Virus record (IMG/VR): IMGVR_UViG_3300010357_001370
Coordinates: 1-64,000 of that record
Reading direction: 5' to 3' (one strand)
DNA from: a virus
Taxonomy: Duplodnaviria; Caudoviricetes
DNA: 64,000 nucleotides
The notes under the pieces: model-generated
The model's database searches: none
What the model was told of the DNA's origin: nothing
What the model saw: the letters and a program-made list of their open reading frames with translations, nothing else
Position numbers and translations under genes: made by a program
Part shown: positions 8,285-18,183 of the stretch, one piece after another
Numbering within the stretch: position 1 is the stretch's first letter
Layout: every line of letters starts with the position of its first letter

Positions 8285-10210
8285 TTACCTCTCGAATCCG
8301 TTCATTCCATACGTACCAAACATCTTAATTTCGTTTAAGGGAATCGCACCACATCGATCCTGCAGTGCACATGTACGACAAGCTTCAAAGTATGACTTAA
8401 TTCGATAATGCGGAATCTTATCTGAAATCTCAGATCGATTAGACTCCTCAATCTTATGCATTCCTAGATTTGGGAAGCCTGTGAATTTGTTTTCGATATA
8501 ATCTGAGTACCCGCCTGCAACGCAGTACGGAATATCCAGAATAACAAAACGTTGCAGAGTCTCTGGAAATTGAGGATGGTTGTTTAGCACATCCTGTATG
8601 TACGGTCCCATATCCTTAATTGGGAGGAACCAGTCTTTAGTATAGCTATAATCGAGTTTAGAGATAAACGTGAGTCCTATGTACATTTCCTGGAGCAAGG
8701 GACCTGCAAGGTCTATATACAGTTGAAGGATCTTATTGATCTCTGTCTTATTAAACTGATTAAGTAATGTGTACCCTACAATCGGTATTCCGTAGCTAAC
8801 GCAGTTTCGAATCCCCGCAATCGTGTCTTCAAAAGCGTTACCTGGAGTAGGCGAATACTGCACTGCTTTATTATGTACATCGGCCGAGATACCATACAAT
8901 GGGATTCGTATAGCAGTTACTCCTGCAGCTTTTAAGTTCTGTACTAGCTGAGCGTTCTTAAGAGTTCGGCCGTGCGTGGACAGCTGAATAATCTGAACTC
9001 CGCTGTTTCTCAAATGAGTAACTAATCGAGTAATGTAAGAAGCTTCTCCAGGGTCTCCGCCAGAAATCTCTATTCTACGGATTCCTTGCTTAATAAAGTG
9101 ATTAGCTTCTTCTATTGCGGTTGTAAATCTATCTTGATCCGAAATGTCGGGATGTTGACCATTGCAAAATGTGCAGCTATTCATACACTGAGTACCGGGG
9201 CCATCTAGAATGATAGATCCCCAGTCCTGGTTGACCATCTCTTCTTCAGGTTCCGAGCATTCGCAAGCTTCTGGTTCGATACAAGCTTTTTCCTCGAGTA
9301 TAGGAAAGAGGTCGAATCGCTTACCATGAATCTCGACGTACTCTTTCCATACCCCTGCACAGCGGTTGTTGAATACGCACTGAGCACATCTGGGTCCCTT
9401 CCTCTTTTCGCTTATCATAGATAGCGAGTAGTCTTGAGTGATTCCATTTTGATCGAAATACTGGTTGTTGGTATTGGCGGGATCTATCCCTGCACGATGC
9501 TCTTCAACAATATGCTCATCGAAGTTGTATGCTACCTCATTCTGATAAGGAAACAGATAGCACATCGGAATAGCCTCCGTACGAATAAGAGAGGCATACT
9601 TGGCAAGAATCGAATGAATAACCGACTTAATCTCTGTGTACCGAGGAACTACTACATCCGCATTGTGATACGCATTTCCATTGGGGTGAGGGTACGTTAG
9701 ATTCATCGCAATGCCTGGGGCTAGACTCTGAATGAAATCGTAAGTTTCTAAGAGGTAAGGAATATTCAATTTAGAAATAACGGTTTGCGTAGCTACGTCA
9801 ACCCGTAGCTTTAGGAGATTCTTGAAACCCTGAATAGTCTGTTCGTACATTGACGGTACGCGGACAATAGAAGTATGCACATCTGGTAAATGAGAATGAA
9901 TAGCAATGAGTACCCCATCTAGGTACTTAGCAGCTTGCTGAGCAAAGTCCCAATCAGCAAAACGAGCCCCGTTCGTCTGCAGAGAGACTTGGTGCCCGGT
10001 CTCTTTTGCATACTGAATAAGCTGCAGAAAGTCTGCTCGGATAGTCGCTTCACCGCCAGTGAAGCCTACCGTATCTCCTCGGGGCACGCTGCGAATGATA
10101 GCCTTGATTTCCTCTGTAGTAAGATCCTTTGTATCTTTCTTATCTGTAATAACGCAGTGCACACAGTTATTATTGCACGTAAAGCCTACTTTGAGATCGA
10201 AATAGCCCAT
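8285..10210 (-). CDS. Tandem two-domain radical SAM protein (HxsC-like)
   Basis: Two CxxxCxxC motifs (CNNNCVHC and CMNSCTFC), TGGEA and SGGDP, and two CxxC-x5-C-G tails. Confidence 0.9.
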   Translation of the reverse strand: MGYFDLKVGFTCNNNCVHCVITDKKDTKDLTTEEIKAIIRSVPRGDTVGFTGGEATIRADFLQLIQYAKETGHQVSLQTNGARFADWDFAQQAAKYLDGVLIAIHSHLPDVHTSIVRVPSMYEQTIQGFKNLLKLRVDVATQTVISKLNIPYLLETYDFIQSLAPGIAMNLTYPHPNGNAYHNADVVVPRYTEIKSVIHSILAKYASLIRTEAIPMCYLFPYQNEVAYNFDEHIVEEHRAGIDPANTNNQYFDQNGITQDYSLSMISEKRKGPRCAQCVFNNRCAGVWKEYVEIHGKRFDLFPILEEKACIEPEACECSEPEEEMVNQDWGSIILDGPGTQCMNSCTFCNGQHPDISDQDRFTTAIEEANHFIKQGIRRIEISGGDPGEASYITRLVTHLRNSGVQIIQLSTHGRTLKNAQLVQNLKAAGVTAIRIPLYGISADVHNKAVQYSPTPGNAFEDTIAGIRNCVSYGIPIVGYTLLNQFNKTEINKILQLYIDLAGPLLQEMYIGLTFISKLDYSYTKDWFLPIKDMGPYIQDVLNNHPQFPETLQRFVILDIPYCVAGGYSDYIENKFTGFPNLGMHKIEESNRSEISDKIPHYRIKSYFEACRTCALQDRCGAIPLNEIKMFGTYGMNGFER

Positions 10211-10397
10211 GTAGAAGTCTCCTTACATTTACGGCGCGAGTCGCGAAGCAAGATTCTCAATCATCTCTTGCTGCTCCTGGATAGCCCTTACTAATTTGGT
10301 GTGATCTAGACATATATGTCCTTCCTGATAAGGCTCTCACGCCTAGGGATTTATCCCCAACCTATATAGATACTACCTATAATATAACCTCTAGTAC

Positions 10398-10583
10398 TTA
10401 GCTGCGATGAGTATTTGCAGTGAAGTAGCCTACAGATTCTTTACCACAGCCGGAACACTTAAGTACCTGAATCTTTTCGTCTACATAAACCTCTACGTAG
10501 CTATGACCCCCACCAGCTGTACATCGATCTTCCTCATTTATAACCGGGTCGTACTTGCTGTCGATGATTTCGTCATCTATCAT
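10398..10583 (-). CDS. Small hypothetical zinc-ribbon-like protein
   Basis: C....H...CxxC pattern; GAGGAG SD upstream. Confidence 0.6.
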   Translation of the reverse strand: MIDDEIIDSKYDPVINEEDRCTAGGGHSYVEVYVDEKIQVLKCSGCGKESVGYFTANTHRS

Positions 10584-10611
10584 AATTAGCTCCTCGTTTA
10601 GTTAGTTACAA

Positions 10612-10640
10612 TAAAAAAGGGCCTCATTGCTGAGGCCCTT
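10612..10640 (-). terminator. Rho-independent terminator after the major capsid gene
   Basis: AAGGGCCTCA/TGAGGCCCTT stem followed by a U-tract on the minus strand. Confidence 0.9.
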
Positions 10641-10661
10641 TGGTTACTGTGCGATATCGAC

Positions 10662-12350
10662 TTAGACTACGATGTTGTCGTAGGCATTCGCACCGGAGAC
10701 AGTGCGGATGTTGTCGATCTGGATGCGACCGATATACCTCTTGTTGAGGATTGCCCAGTCGCCGTAGGTAGCGAGAGCAGCTTCCTTGTAGAAGTTCTTT
10801 CGCTGGATGATTCCGGTCGAGAAGAACGGCACGAGGGTACCGAAGGCGATAGAAACATCTGCCTCGTTCTCATCGTTCTTCCAGATGCAGAGGAGCTGGT
10901 TGTCCGGTACAACCGAGGACGGAACCTTGAATACCGGGATGCCATAGATCTCGCCGACCTGGTGGCCACCAACGCGAGGCTGTGCGCCCTTGGTTGTGAA
11001 GCCGCTGTTGAGGCGGAGGTAGGACACGGCTGCAGGACCACCAACGATCCTGGAAACGCCACCACGGAGGATGTCGTTGAACATCGTGTCGCCAACGCGC
11101 TCAATTGCCTGCGAGAAGGTCTGAGCAGTGTGGAGGTAGCTATCATCGGTGGTGTCACCAGATGCAGCGTTGAAGTGAATCGTGTACTTAGCCGGGTTAA
11201 GAGCCGCAGCCTGGTAAGCGATCTTGACGGCGCGGAAGTCCAGGGCCTTCTTGATTTCCTGGCCGGCATAGTCGACTAGGAGCTCCTCAGCGGAAACGCC
11301 GAAGGAGGTATCAAGAACAAGCTCGGTGAGCTGGGACCAGGTAACGCCGATAGAAGTCGGGCGAGGCCTGAACCAGTAATCCGTCATGATTAGCTCGACT
11401 TCGCCGAGGTAATCACCCATGAAGTCGCCTTCAGAGTTAAAGCGAGCGTAGCACTTCTTAACCTTGGAAGCATCGGCACCGGACAGCTTGTAGACGCCAG
11501 GGGCGACTGCAGCGATCGTGAGGTCGAGGCCGGCCTTGACGAGCCACTCACCAGAATTGGAGAGGTTAGCACCGATCTTGGCCTGAACGGCGATTGGGTC
11601 GCGCTCACCAGCGTCACCAAAGAGAGCGGCGTAGCCGTCGAGGTAACCGAGGTTAGCGAACTCAGCCTGTGCACCAGCCTCAGGGGCGGTGACGTTCTTC
11701 TGGCCGAAGAAAACGTAAGTACCAGCGCTAGAAACTGTAACGTTGGTCTTGGCGATCATAACAGTGTCGCCGTCAGCGAGGGAACCGACTACACCGTTTG
11801 CAAGCTCGTGTACGTAACGATCTTCGGTCGTCTCATACATAGCGCGGCGGTAGTCTGGGTTCTGGAGCTCAGCCTGTCCGTTGATGTTCCACGGATCGTT
11901 AGCATCTGCATCGGAGTCAAGGCCCTTAACACCGAAGGTTCGGTTGTTCATGTCATTGCCCCACTGCGTATTGGTATACACAGGGCGGATGTACTTGATA
12001 GAATCCTTAGCGGACTCCATGGCGAACTCAGTAAAGATCTTGTTACGGATCGTGTTCGGGTATGCGAGGCGGACGAGGCGGAGCATGTTCTCCGGGGACA
12101 GGCCCTGGAAGCCCTGGCTCATCTGGGTCTCAGTAAGACGGCTCATGAAACGAGCCTGGTTCTCTAGATGGATTGCGAGGTTACGAGCATCAGACTCCTG
12201 AAGATTCTTGATGTTCTTTCCGACCTCGGGAATGCGTGCCCACTTCTCTACGAGCTTGTCAGCGCGGAAATTGCGCTCCTCTCTATAGAGCTTGTCGGTC
12301 ACATTGTCCCTGACAGTCGGAGTACCAGCCATTCGGGAAGTTACACCCAT
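10662..12350 (-). CDS. gp23: Major capsid protein, T4 gp23-like
   Basis: 562 aa; N-terminal LVEKW...LENQ propeptide pattern, RP.PTSIGVTWSQ..E, E.EIKKALD; strongly C-ending codons; follows protease/scaffold; strong terminator. Confidence 0.85.
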   Translation of the reverse strand: MGVTSRMAGTPTVRDNVTDKLYREERNFRADKLVEKWARIPEVGKNIKNLQESDARNLAIHLENQARFMSRLTETQMSQGFQGLSPENMLRLVRLAYPNTIRNKIFTEFAMESAKDSIKYIRPVYTNTQWGNDMNNRTFGVKGLDSDADANDPWNINGQAELQNPDYRRAMYETTEDRYVHELANGVVGSLADGDTVMIAKTNVTVSSAGTYVFFGQKNVTAPEAGAQAEFANLGYLDGYAALFGDAGERDPIAVQAKIGANLSNSGEWLVKAGLDLTIAAVAPGVYKLSGADASKVKKCYARFNSEGDFMGDYLGEVELIMTDYWFRPRPTSIGVTWSQLTELVLDTSFGVSAEELLVDYAGQEIKKALDFRAVKIAYQAAALNPAKYTIHFNAASGDTTDDSYLHTAQTFSQAIERVGDTMFNDILRGGVSRIVGGPAAVSYLRLNSGFTTKGAQPRVGGHQVGEIYGIPVFKVPSSVVPDNQLLCIWKNDENEADVSIAFGTLVPFFSTGIIQRKNFYKEAALATYGDWAILNKRYIGRIQIDNIRTVSGANAYDNIVV

Positions 12351-12575
12351 GATTGTTCTCCTTGTTGGGTTGCGTAAATGTGTCTATAGAGGAATCTAGG
12401 TTTTAAGTACCACGCTCTCGCGCGTCACACCGCTTTGTAGCATCTAAAGCTAATCAGGTCCGTCATATCAGATCGGTCATTCGGGGCAGGTTTATCCCCT
12501 TGGGCATATATGTGTGTACCCTAATTCTCTCACATTTTAATTAGTGGCACCTCTTGTAGAGGTGTAATAATAGAG

Positions 12576-13517
12576 TTATTGGACTGGCTTTTGTAAAAGA
12601 TTGTTAAAAGCTTGTCCAATCGGTCCGTTCTTAGGCGCACGAGCTAGTGCTTGAACAAAGGCTTGCGCGGCTTGGGGGTTAGCATCTAAAGCCTTCTTTA
12701 GATCATCCGGGCTATTCACAGCCGTAGGTGCGCCTGCAACAGCTTGAGGGGAGCTATTTTGCTGAGTAGCTCCTGTCACATTCTTTAACTGGTCTACAGA
12801 TGGCATATCTGGAATATTGATTCCTAGGTTTCCTGCTACCTGTACGAGCTTTTGCAAGATCTGCTGGCCTTTCTGGTCTTTTGCAAGAGCAGCTGGATCA
12901 CTATATTTGCCTAAGAACTTTGTTACGGCTTGTTTGAACTCTACAGTCTGATCCGAAGCGTCAGCTTCATATAGAGATTGAAGCCTCTTATATTCAGGAT
13001 GCTTAAAAATTCCTTCAGCTGTACGCTGCTGCATATTTACGTCTGGCTGCGCAGGTGTTGTAGGAGTCGCCTGCTGAGTGGGCTGAGTAGGCTCCGGTTG
13101 GTTAGCGAAGGTCTGCAGAGCCTGTAAAGCAGCTGTGAAGACTTCAATAGGCTCAGTTAGATCATTCATAAGATCTGAAGGACTGGCACTATTAGCCTGA
13201 CCTACTTGCGCGAATTGCGCTTCTAAATCTGCGGCTTGGCCAGCTTTCTGAAATTGCTGCTCGAGGTTCTGCGGTTGAGTCGGAATCGGAGCTGTTGCAG
13301 CTTTTTGTTGAACTGCTTGCTGTCCAGCTTTAACTGCTTGCTGAATTCCTTGAGGAACAACCTTTTTTGCAGTATTTACAGCTGCAGTTTTAAGTTGCTG
13401 CCCAATATTCTGGGCAGCTCCTCTCATAAAAGTACCGACAGTTCCAGCTTCCTCGATCGAATCGAGCTCGGGGAATTGGGAATGTAGGCTCTCTACTATC
13501 TTAACTGCGTTATCCAT
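12576..13517 (-). CDS. Gln/Ala/Pro-rich hypothetical, putative head/internal protein
   Basis: Located between protease and capsid genes; N-terminal LHSQFPEL shared with 15175..15768. Confidence 0.55.
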   Translation of the reverse strand: MDNAVKIVESLHSQFPELDSIEEAGTVGTFMRGAAQNIGQQLKTAAVNTAKKVVPQGIQQAVKAGQQAVQQKAATAPIPTQPQNLEQQFQKAGQAADLEAQFAQVGQANSASPSDLMNDLTEPIEVFTAALQALQTFANQPEPTQPTQQATPTTPAQPDVNMQQRTAEGIFKHPEYKRLQSLYEADASDQTVEFKQAVTKFLGKYSDPAALAKDQKGQQILQKLVQVAGNLGINIPDMPSVDQLKNVTGATQQNSSPQAVAGAPTAVNSPDDLKKALDANPQAAQAFVQALARAPKNGPIGQAFNNLLQKPVQ

Positions 13518-15175
13518 TATGATGCCGTTCCTAGCTTAAATGATGTAATCTTTGGGAGATCCTTAGCAGCTGCCTTTAAGGAAGCAAAGTCCTTAAGCTG
13601 GCGCCACTGACCATTTGCCATGTAGAAAAGCTTACCCGCTGAAGCAAGGCCTTTTTCGATAGCGTCTGGTCTATTCTCGCTTTCTACAGCCTGAAGAGTC
13701 TTTAGAACGTTAACGCAGGTGGTGCTAACCATTTTCTTAGCATCTTCACCTTCAAATCCTACAGTATTCTTAAGTTGCTTGTTTCTAATAGCCTTGGAAA
13801 TAGCTCCGACGCCAGATAGCCCCAGTAGCGCTGCGAATCCCGCTACAGCTGCAATAGCAATGCCGAGAGCAGGATCACTCTCCGCAACCTGCATAATTTC
13901 ACCTGTACCGGTAGCTGCTGCTAGCTGAGGTTGAAACTGAGGATCATCGGGATCGTGTCCTCCAGCTGGGAGTGACGACGAGGCCGTAGGAGTTAGCTGA
14001 GCAGGAGGGATAGATGGAATAGCTGTAACAAGCGTTGCAGGATCTACCCCAACGGTAGTAGCTACGTCTAAGGGTTCGATTCCTTCCATTCCGATTGGAG
14101 TAGGTTCTGGAAGCTCTCCTATAGGAGCTGTCGGAAGTTCTCCTCCTGGCATGGTTTGATTAAGCTTCCCAATTTGCTGATCTAACATTGTGCTAAAGTC
14201 TGGTGATCCATCCGGGAGGGTCGGGGTAGCTGCTGGAGTAGGGGCTGATTGAGCTCCTTGAGCCTGAAGTCTATCCCACTCTGCGGTAGGTAGAGGAGTA
14301 CCAGCGGTAGCCTGGGCTACAGGAGCCGGAGTTGGGGCTGCTGGAGTTGGAGAAGCAACCGGAGGCGCTGGCAGGCTAGCAACTACACTTTGCGCATCTC
14401 TACCGAATAGATTCTGCTGTGCAAAGGACTGAGCTTGTGCCGGAGTGTACCCTTTTGCCATCGCAGCTTGATAGATTTGATTGAATTTAGCATCTAGCGC
14501 TGCCTGAAGAGAAGCTGTACTCTCATCTTCAAAGAGCCTCGGAACATGAATAATGGCGCTAGCAGCTACTGCTGATTCTGCTAATGCTAACCCGTTTTGC
14601 TTAGCCCATTGTCGGATATTTGCACCGTACTGCTCACTCCCAGCAAGTTTACGTAAGAAATCTAATGCAGCTGCGTTGTTATTTTTTGCAGCAGCTAAAA
14701 GATCTCCCCAGGACATCTGCTTGGAGCCTGTCGGAGTCTGCTGAGTCTGAGGTGAAAGCTGCTTATTTGCCCAGTTGTTTAGCTTATTGCCAGTTACTTG
14801 ACCGATCTTAGCTCCGCCCATACGACCGCCAACCCCACCGGCTACGGCCCCTACTCCGCCAAGAGCGGATCCGAGAGCAGCGCCACCAATTCCACCGGCT
14901 ACGCTACCTACCATTGGTAGTGCCTTAGCGACAGCCTGTGCACCCTTAGCGAGCCATTGCGGTGCGGCTTCCATAAGCTTAGATGCTGCACGAATAAATT
15001 CTGCGTCATTTTCTAGAAGAAGATGAACTTCATCTATTTGAGTGCGCATTTCGGGAATACGGTATAGAGCTCTGATAGTTTTATCGGAGCTTTCATTCAA
15101 AAGGTATGCGGTACGAAGAAGGGCTTGCTTATGAGATACCCCGTTCCCTTCTAGAAACATTCGAAGTTCTGTCAT
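13517..15175 (-). CDS. Ala/Pro/Gly-rich hypothetical with glycine zipper and hydrophobic segment, putative ejected head protein
   Basis: GGIGGAALGSALGGVGAVAGG, long PA/PT low-complexity tract, LGIAIAAVAGFAALLGLSGVGA hydrophobic stretch. Confidence 0.55.
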   Translation of the reverse strand: MTELRMFLEGNGVSHKQALLRTAYLLNESSDKTIRALYRIPEMRTQIDEVHLLLENDAEFIRAASKLMEAAPQWLAKGAQAVAKALPMVGSVAGGIGGAALGSALGGVGAVAGGVGGRMGGAKIGQVTGNKLNNWANKQLSPQTQQTPTGSKQMSWGDLLAAAKNNNAAALDFLRKLAGSEQYGANIRQWAKQNGLALAESAVAASAIIHVPRLFEDESTASLQAALDAKFNQIYQAAMAKGYTPAQAQSFAQQNLFGRDAQSVVASLPAPPVASPTPAAPTPAPVAQATAGTPLPTAEWDRLQAQGAQSAPTPAATPTLPDGSPDFSTMLDQQIGKLNQTMPGGELPTAPIGELPEPTPIGMEGIEPLDVATTVGVDPATLVTAIPSIPPAQLTPTASSSLPAGGHDPDDPQFQPQLAAATGTGEIMQVAESDPALGIAIAAVAGFAALLGLSGVGAISKAIRNKQLKNTVGFEGEDAKKMVSTTCVNVLKTLQAVESENRPDAIEKGLASAGKLFYMANGQWRQLKDFASLKAAAKDLPKITSFKLGTAS

Positions 15176-15768
15176 TATGCTACTCCTGCGGCATCTTCAG
15201 CTGGGGTATCCTGAGGATCTTGCTTAGCTTCAGGGGGGAGATCTCGAGCTTTCCAGTCCGGGAATACCTGTGCTCCGAGTTTATTGAGTTTATCGAGATT
15301 TACCCACTTCCACTTAGAGTAATCAAGGCCACCTTCTGCTTTCCAGAGCTGGCCGATCGTTCCTTTAACTGCAGCAGGAGCTGTTCCATCATTAACCTGA
15401 GCAATGAGCTTACGAACAAGATCATCGAAATAATTTTTGGTATCTTCGAGGTTCTGAATGTCTAACGGTCCACCTTCTTGAGGTTCCTCGACTGTTGAAG
15501 AGGTCGGGGATTTAGCTACCGTAGCACCGGGATTCTCGAAGGCTTGAATCAGCGAAGTAATCATTTCATCGGAAATACCAGTAACGCCTGCCGCAAAATT
15601 CGTAGCGGCGCTACCGATTCCACGGCCGATCGCCTTTGCTCCTCGGCCTATGTTACCGATGCCGCGACCTATAGAACTAGCAAGTCCTTCATCTAATTCT
15701 AGGCTTTCCTCAAGTTCTGGAAAAGCAGAGTGTAGCTGCTCAAGCAGAGTTTCTACAGGTTGCGACAT
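15175..15768 (-). CDS. Hypothetical, putative head/internal protein
   Basis: N-terminal LHSAFPEL, GRGIG repeats. Confidence 0.55.
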   Translation of the reverse strand: MSQPVETLLEQLHSAFPELEESLELDEGLASSIGRGIGNIGRGAKAIGRGIGSAATNFAAGVTGISDEMITSLIQAFENPGATVAKSPTSSTVEEPQEGGPLDIQNLEDTKNYFDDLVRKLIAQVNDGTAPAAVKGTIGQLWKAEGGLDYSKWKWVNLDKLNKLGAQVFPDWKARDLPPEAKQDPQDTPAEDAAGVA

Positions 15769-15824
15769 TGCGGTTACTCCTCATCTAGTTCAAGTTTTCT
15801 ATAATATGTGAACGCTTAAAATAA

Positions 15825-17801
15825 TTACTGCGCCCAGCTCTTATTGCGTTCGAGAACACCCTTTTCTTCACCGAAATGCATACCGGCTTCCTCGAGAGCC
15901 TTTAGACGCTCGCTGCGAGGAATAGCTGTAGACTCTGGAAGTCTAGAAGCAGCAACCGCTCGTGCGCTCTCATCAATCATCGGCTGAATCTTAAGGAAGG
16001 AAGAATAAGCTTCACGGTAGGTCTTCTGAGTACGGATCTGGTGCTCGTATGGCAAAATAGACTCACCATAGCGTGAAAGCAGGTCTGTCCAGTAATTCTC
16101 AACTGCGAGACCGCCGCCTTCCTTGAAGTTTAGACGACCGCGAACATCCTCGCGCTCTGCAAACTTCGGCTGAAGTTTAGGAGTGCTGGCTTCCAGGATT
16201 TCCTTCTTGTAATTCTCAAATTCCTCAGCAAGAGCAGCTTTAGAAGCGTCAGTCTCCTGAAGGGACTTCTGAAGACGAGCAACCTGAGCGGTGAGGGACT
16301 CAATTAAAGCCTTAGCCTCAGTCATAAGAGTCTCGTACCCAAGCTTTTCTTTTCCGATAGATTCAACAAGACTCTTACGATCTGTTGCAACCTTTTCGGC
16401 TACGCGGACGCGCTCTTCGAGAGACTTCTTCTCCTGAACAAGGCGAGCAGCAGTGGAAGCAGCTTCAGTAAGCTTCTTCTCAAGAATAGCGCCAGAAGCC
16501 TGAGCTTCTTTAAGCTGATTCTCGATAGCCTTCGTTTCCTCGTTGTAAGCAAACAGCTGTCGACGTCGCTGAGCTTCTAGGAAAGCCACGCGGCTAGCTA
16601 GACCCTCGACAACCTTCGGCGTCGGGCGTGCTGCGAGCTCGGCCTGAGCAGCTGTGAGACCTTCACGAAGCTTCTGATTGTTCTCCTTCATAGCGAGAGC
16701 AATCTTCTCCCAATCCTTAGCCTCAGCTGCGGCGACCTTGACTTCCTCTGCGAGAAGAGCAACGCCTACCTTGAGCTTCTCGGTATTATCGATACCGAAA
16801 GTCTCTTGAACTTTCTGAGCTTCAGTGAGTAGCTTCTCAAGCTCAGCCTTTTCCTGGAGGATTCTCTCCTCCACCATCGCGCGAAGATCAGGGGCGGCAC
16901 CTTCGTTGAAGAAGCCGAGGATATCAGTAAGCTCGGCAAGGCGGGCCTGAGGGCTCTCCATCTTTCCGGCATCCTCAATGTACCTGCTGACATCGCGTCG
17001 GAACTTCTTTTCCTCCTGGGAACTGATCGGCGATGCCTTTACAGTGCCTTCAGTGAGGACAGTGTCATTCTGATCCATGCGATTCTCCTTTATTCTAACA
17101 CTTTCGTGTTGTACCTGCGTAAGATTTGGTTTGCGTTCACCAGTACCGCCTTTAGTGATTTCCTGTGGACTATACTCTACATTTAGTGCATCTCCAGCTT
17201 CACCGAAGACATCCTGAGAAGGATTAAGTACGATGTCGGCGCATCGTTCAAGAACGTAAGATTCTGGGTCTACTGTTTCGCGGTCAGCCATTAGCTCACC
17301 GAAGCCAGAAGACGAGAATCCAATACGCCCACCCTTGCTGATAATATCCTTAGCGAGAGCTCCGTAATCACCGACAAAAGTACCGACAGCCCAAACTAGC
17401 TTGTTTGCGTCGTCGATCTCCATGTCGAGCCACACGATAGCCGCATTCTTAAATTCTCCGTCAGAATCCTCCGGCGGGTGGTCAGCGAGACCGACGCGGC
17501 CTTTCCATTCGTGCTGCTGATTCTGAATAACGTTTTCCCAGAGCTTACGAACATATTTGCGCTTATTCTGATTAGGCTTTTGATCGTTAATACGAGAGAT
17601 AGGGAATCGATAGAGATCAATCTCTTCCCCGCCTTCTGTCTTCTCAGTTAGCTTCTGGAAGCCAGGAATATCACTTACGCGACTAATAGCTTCCTTATAT
17701 CGTTCGCGAAGTTCCGGAGTGCTATTGACGTGTTCGCAGTACTTTGCCGCTACAGAATACGTCTCAATAAATCGCTGTAGTGGTTTTCCTACTCTCTCCA
17801 T
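15825..17801 (-). CDS. gp21: Prohead core protease (gp21-like) fused to a coiled-coil scaffold
   Basis: GLADHP and IGFSSSGFGE correspond to gp21 His and Ser motifs; D.VLNPS; C-terminal ~400 aa are E/K/A-rich heptads. Confidence 0.8.
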   Translation of the reverse strand: MERVGKPLQRFIETYSVAAKYCEHVNSTPELRERYKEAISRVSDIPGFQKLTEKTEGGEEIDLYRFPISRINDQKPNQNKRKYVRKLWENVIQNQQHEWKGRVGLADHPPEDSDGEFKNAAIVWLDMEIDDANKLVWAVGTFVGDYGALAKDIISKGGRIGFSSSGFGELMADRETVDPESYVLERCADIVLNPSQDVFGEAGDALNVEYSPQEITKGGTGERKPNLTQVQHESVRIKENRMDQNDTVLTEGTVKASPISSQEEKKFRRDVSRYIEDAGKMESPQARLAELTDILGFFNEGAAPDLRAMVEERILQEKAELEKLLTEAQKVQETFGIDNTEKLKVGVALLAEEVKVAAAEAKDWEKIALAMKENNQKLREGLTAAQAELAARPTPKVVEGLASRVAFLEAQRRRQLFAYNEETKAIENQLKEAQASGAILEKKLTEAASTAARLVQEKKSLEERVRVAEKVATDRKSLVESIGKEKLGYETLMTEAKALIESLTAQVARLQKSLQETDASKAALAEEFENYKKEILEASTPKLQPKFAEREDVRGRLNFKEGGGLAVENYWTDLLSRYGESILPYEHQIRTQKTYREAYSSFLKIQPMIDESARAVAASRLPESTAIPRSERLKALEEAGMHFGEEKGVLERNKSWAQ

Positions 17802-17883
17802 GCGAAACTCCTTCTTCTATCTTGTTGTAGAAATAGCTCGTACTTATAGTTAGTATCCGCCAAGAAGAAAATATGAAACACAT

Positions 17884-17909
17884 AAAAAAGCCATCCTTCT
17901 AAGGATGGC
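17884..17909 (-). terminator. Rho-independent terminator
   Basis: GCCATCCTT/AAGGATGGC stem plus U6. Confidence 0.8.
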
Positions 17910-17929
17910 CTGCTGTCGTAGTCGTTGGG

Positions 17930-18130
17930 TTATTTCAAGTTATGCTCGAACTCCAATACTCGCTTTGTAAGCTCTAATGATCGTCTCATTAAGTTAAACT
18001 CAACTGAGTAATTGCATCCCTCCATGATCGCGGACATTTCATCCAGTCTTTCCGGATTGTTCAAAAGATTCCGAAACTCAGGGTACAGCTCCCTATCGCG
18101 ATCAAGTACCTCATGAATGGTTCGAGCCAT
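17930..18130 (-). CDS. Hypothetical protein
   Basis: 66-aa ORF in the operon direction. Confidence 0.55.
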   Translation of the reverse strand: MARTIHEVLDRDRELYPEFRNLLNNPERLDEMSAIMEGCNYSVEFNLMRRSLELTKRVLEFEHNLK

Positions 18131-18183
18131 GACGTGTTACAAACTCCTTTATACCGCTACTTGGCGGTGACCTTAATATACCA

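Noticed and set aside
10290-10297. ACTAATTT motif upstream of rSAM cluster 1
   Set aside because: It is on the non-coding strand, so it was not counted as a promoter; it shows the hexamer also occurs by chance.
10667-12377. Alternative-frame and antisense ORFs over the capsid gene
   Set aside because: Shadows caused by strong C-ending codon bias; S/R/P-rich translations with no motifs or SD.
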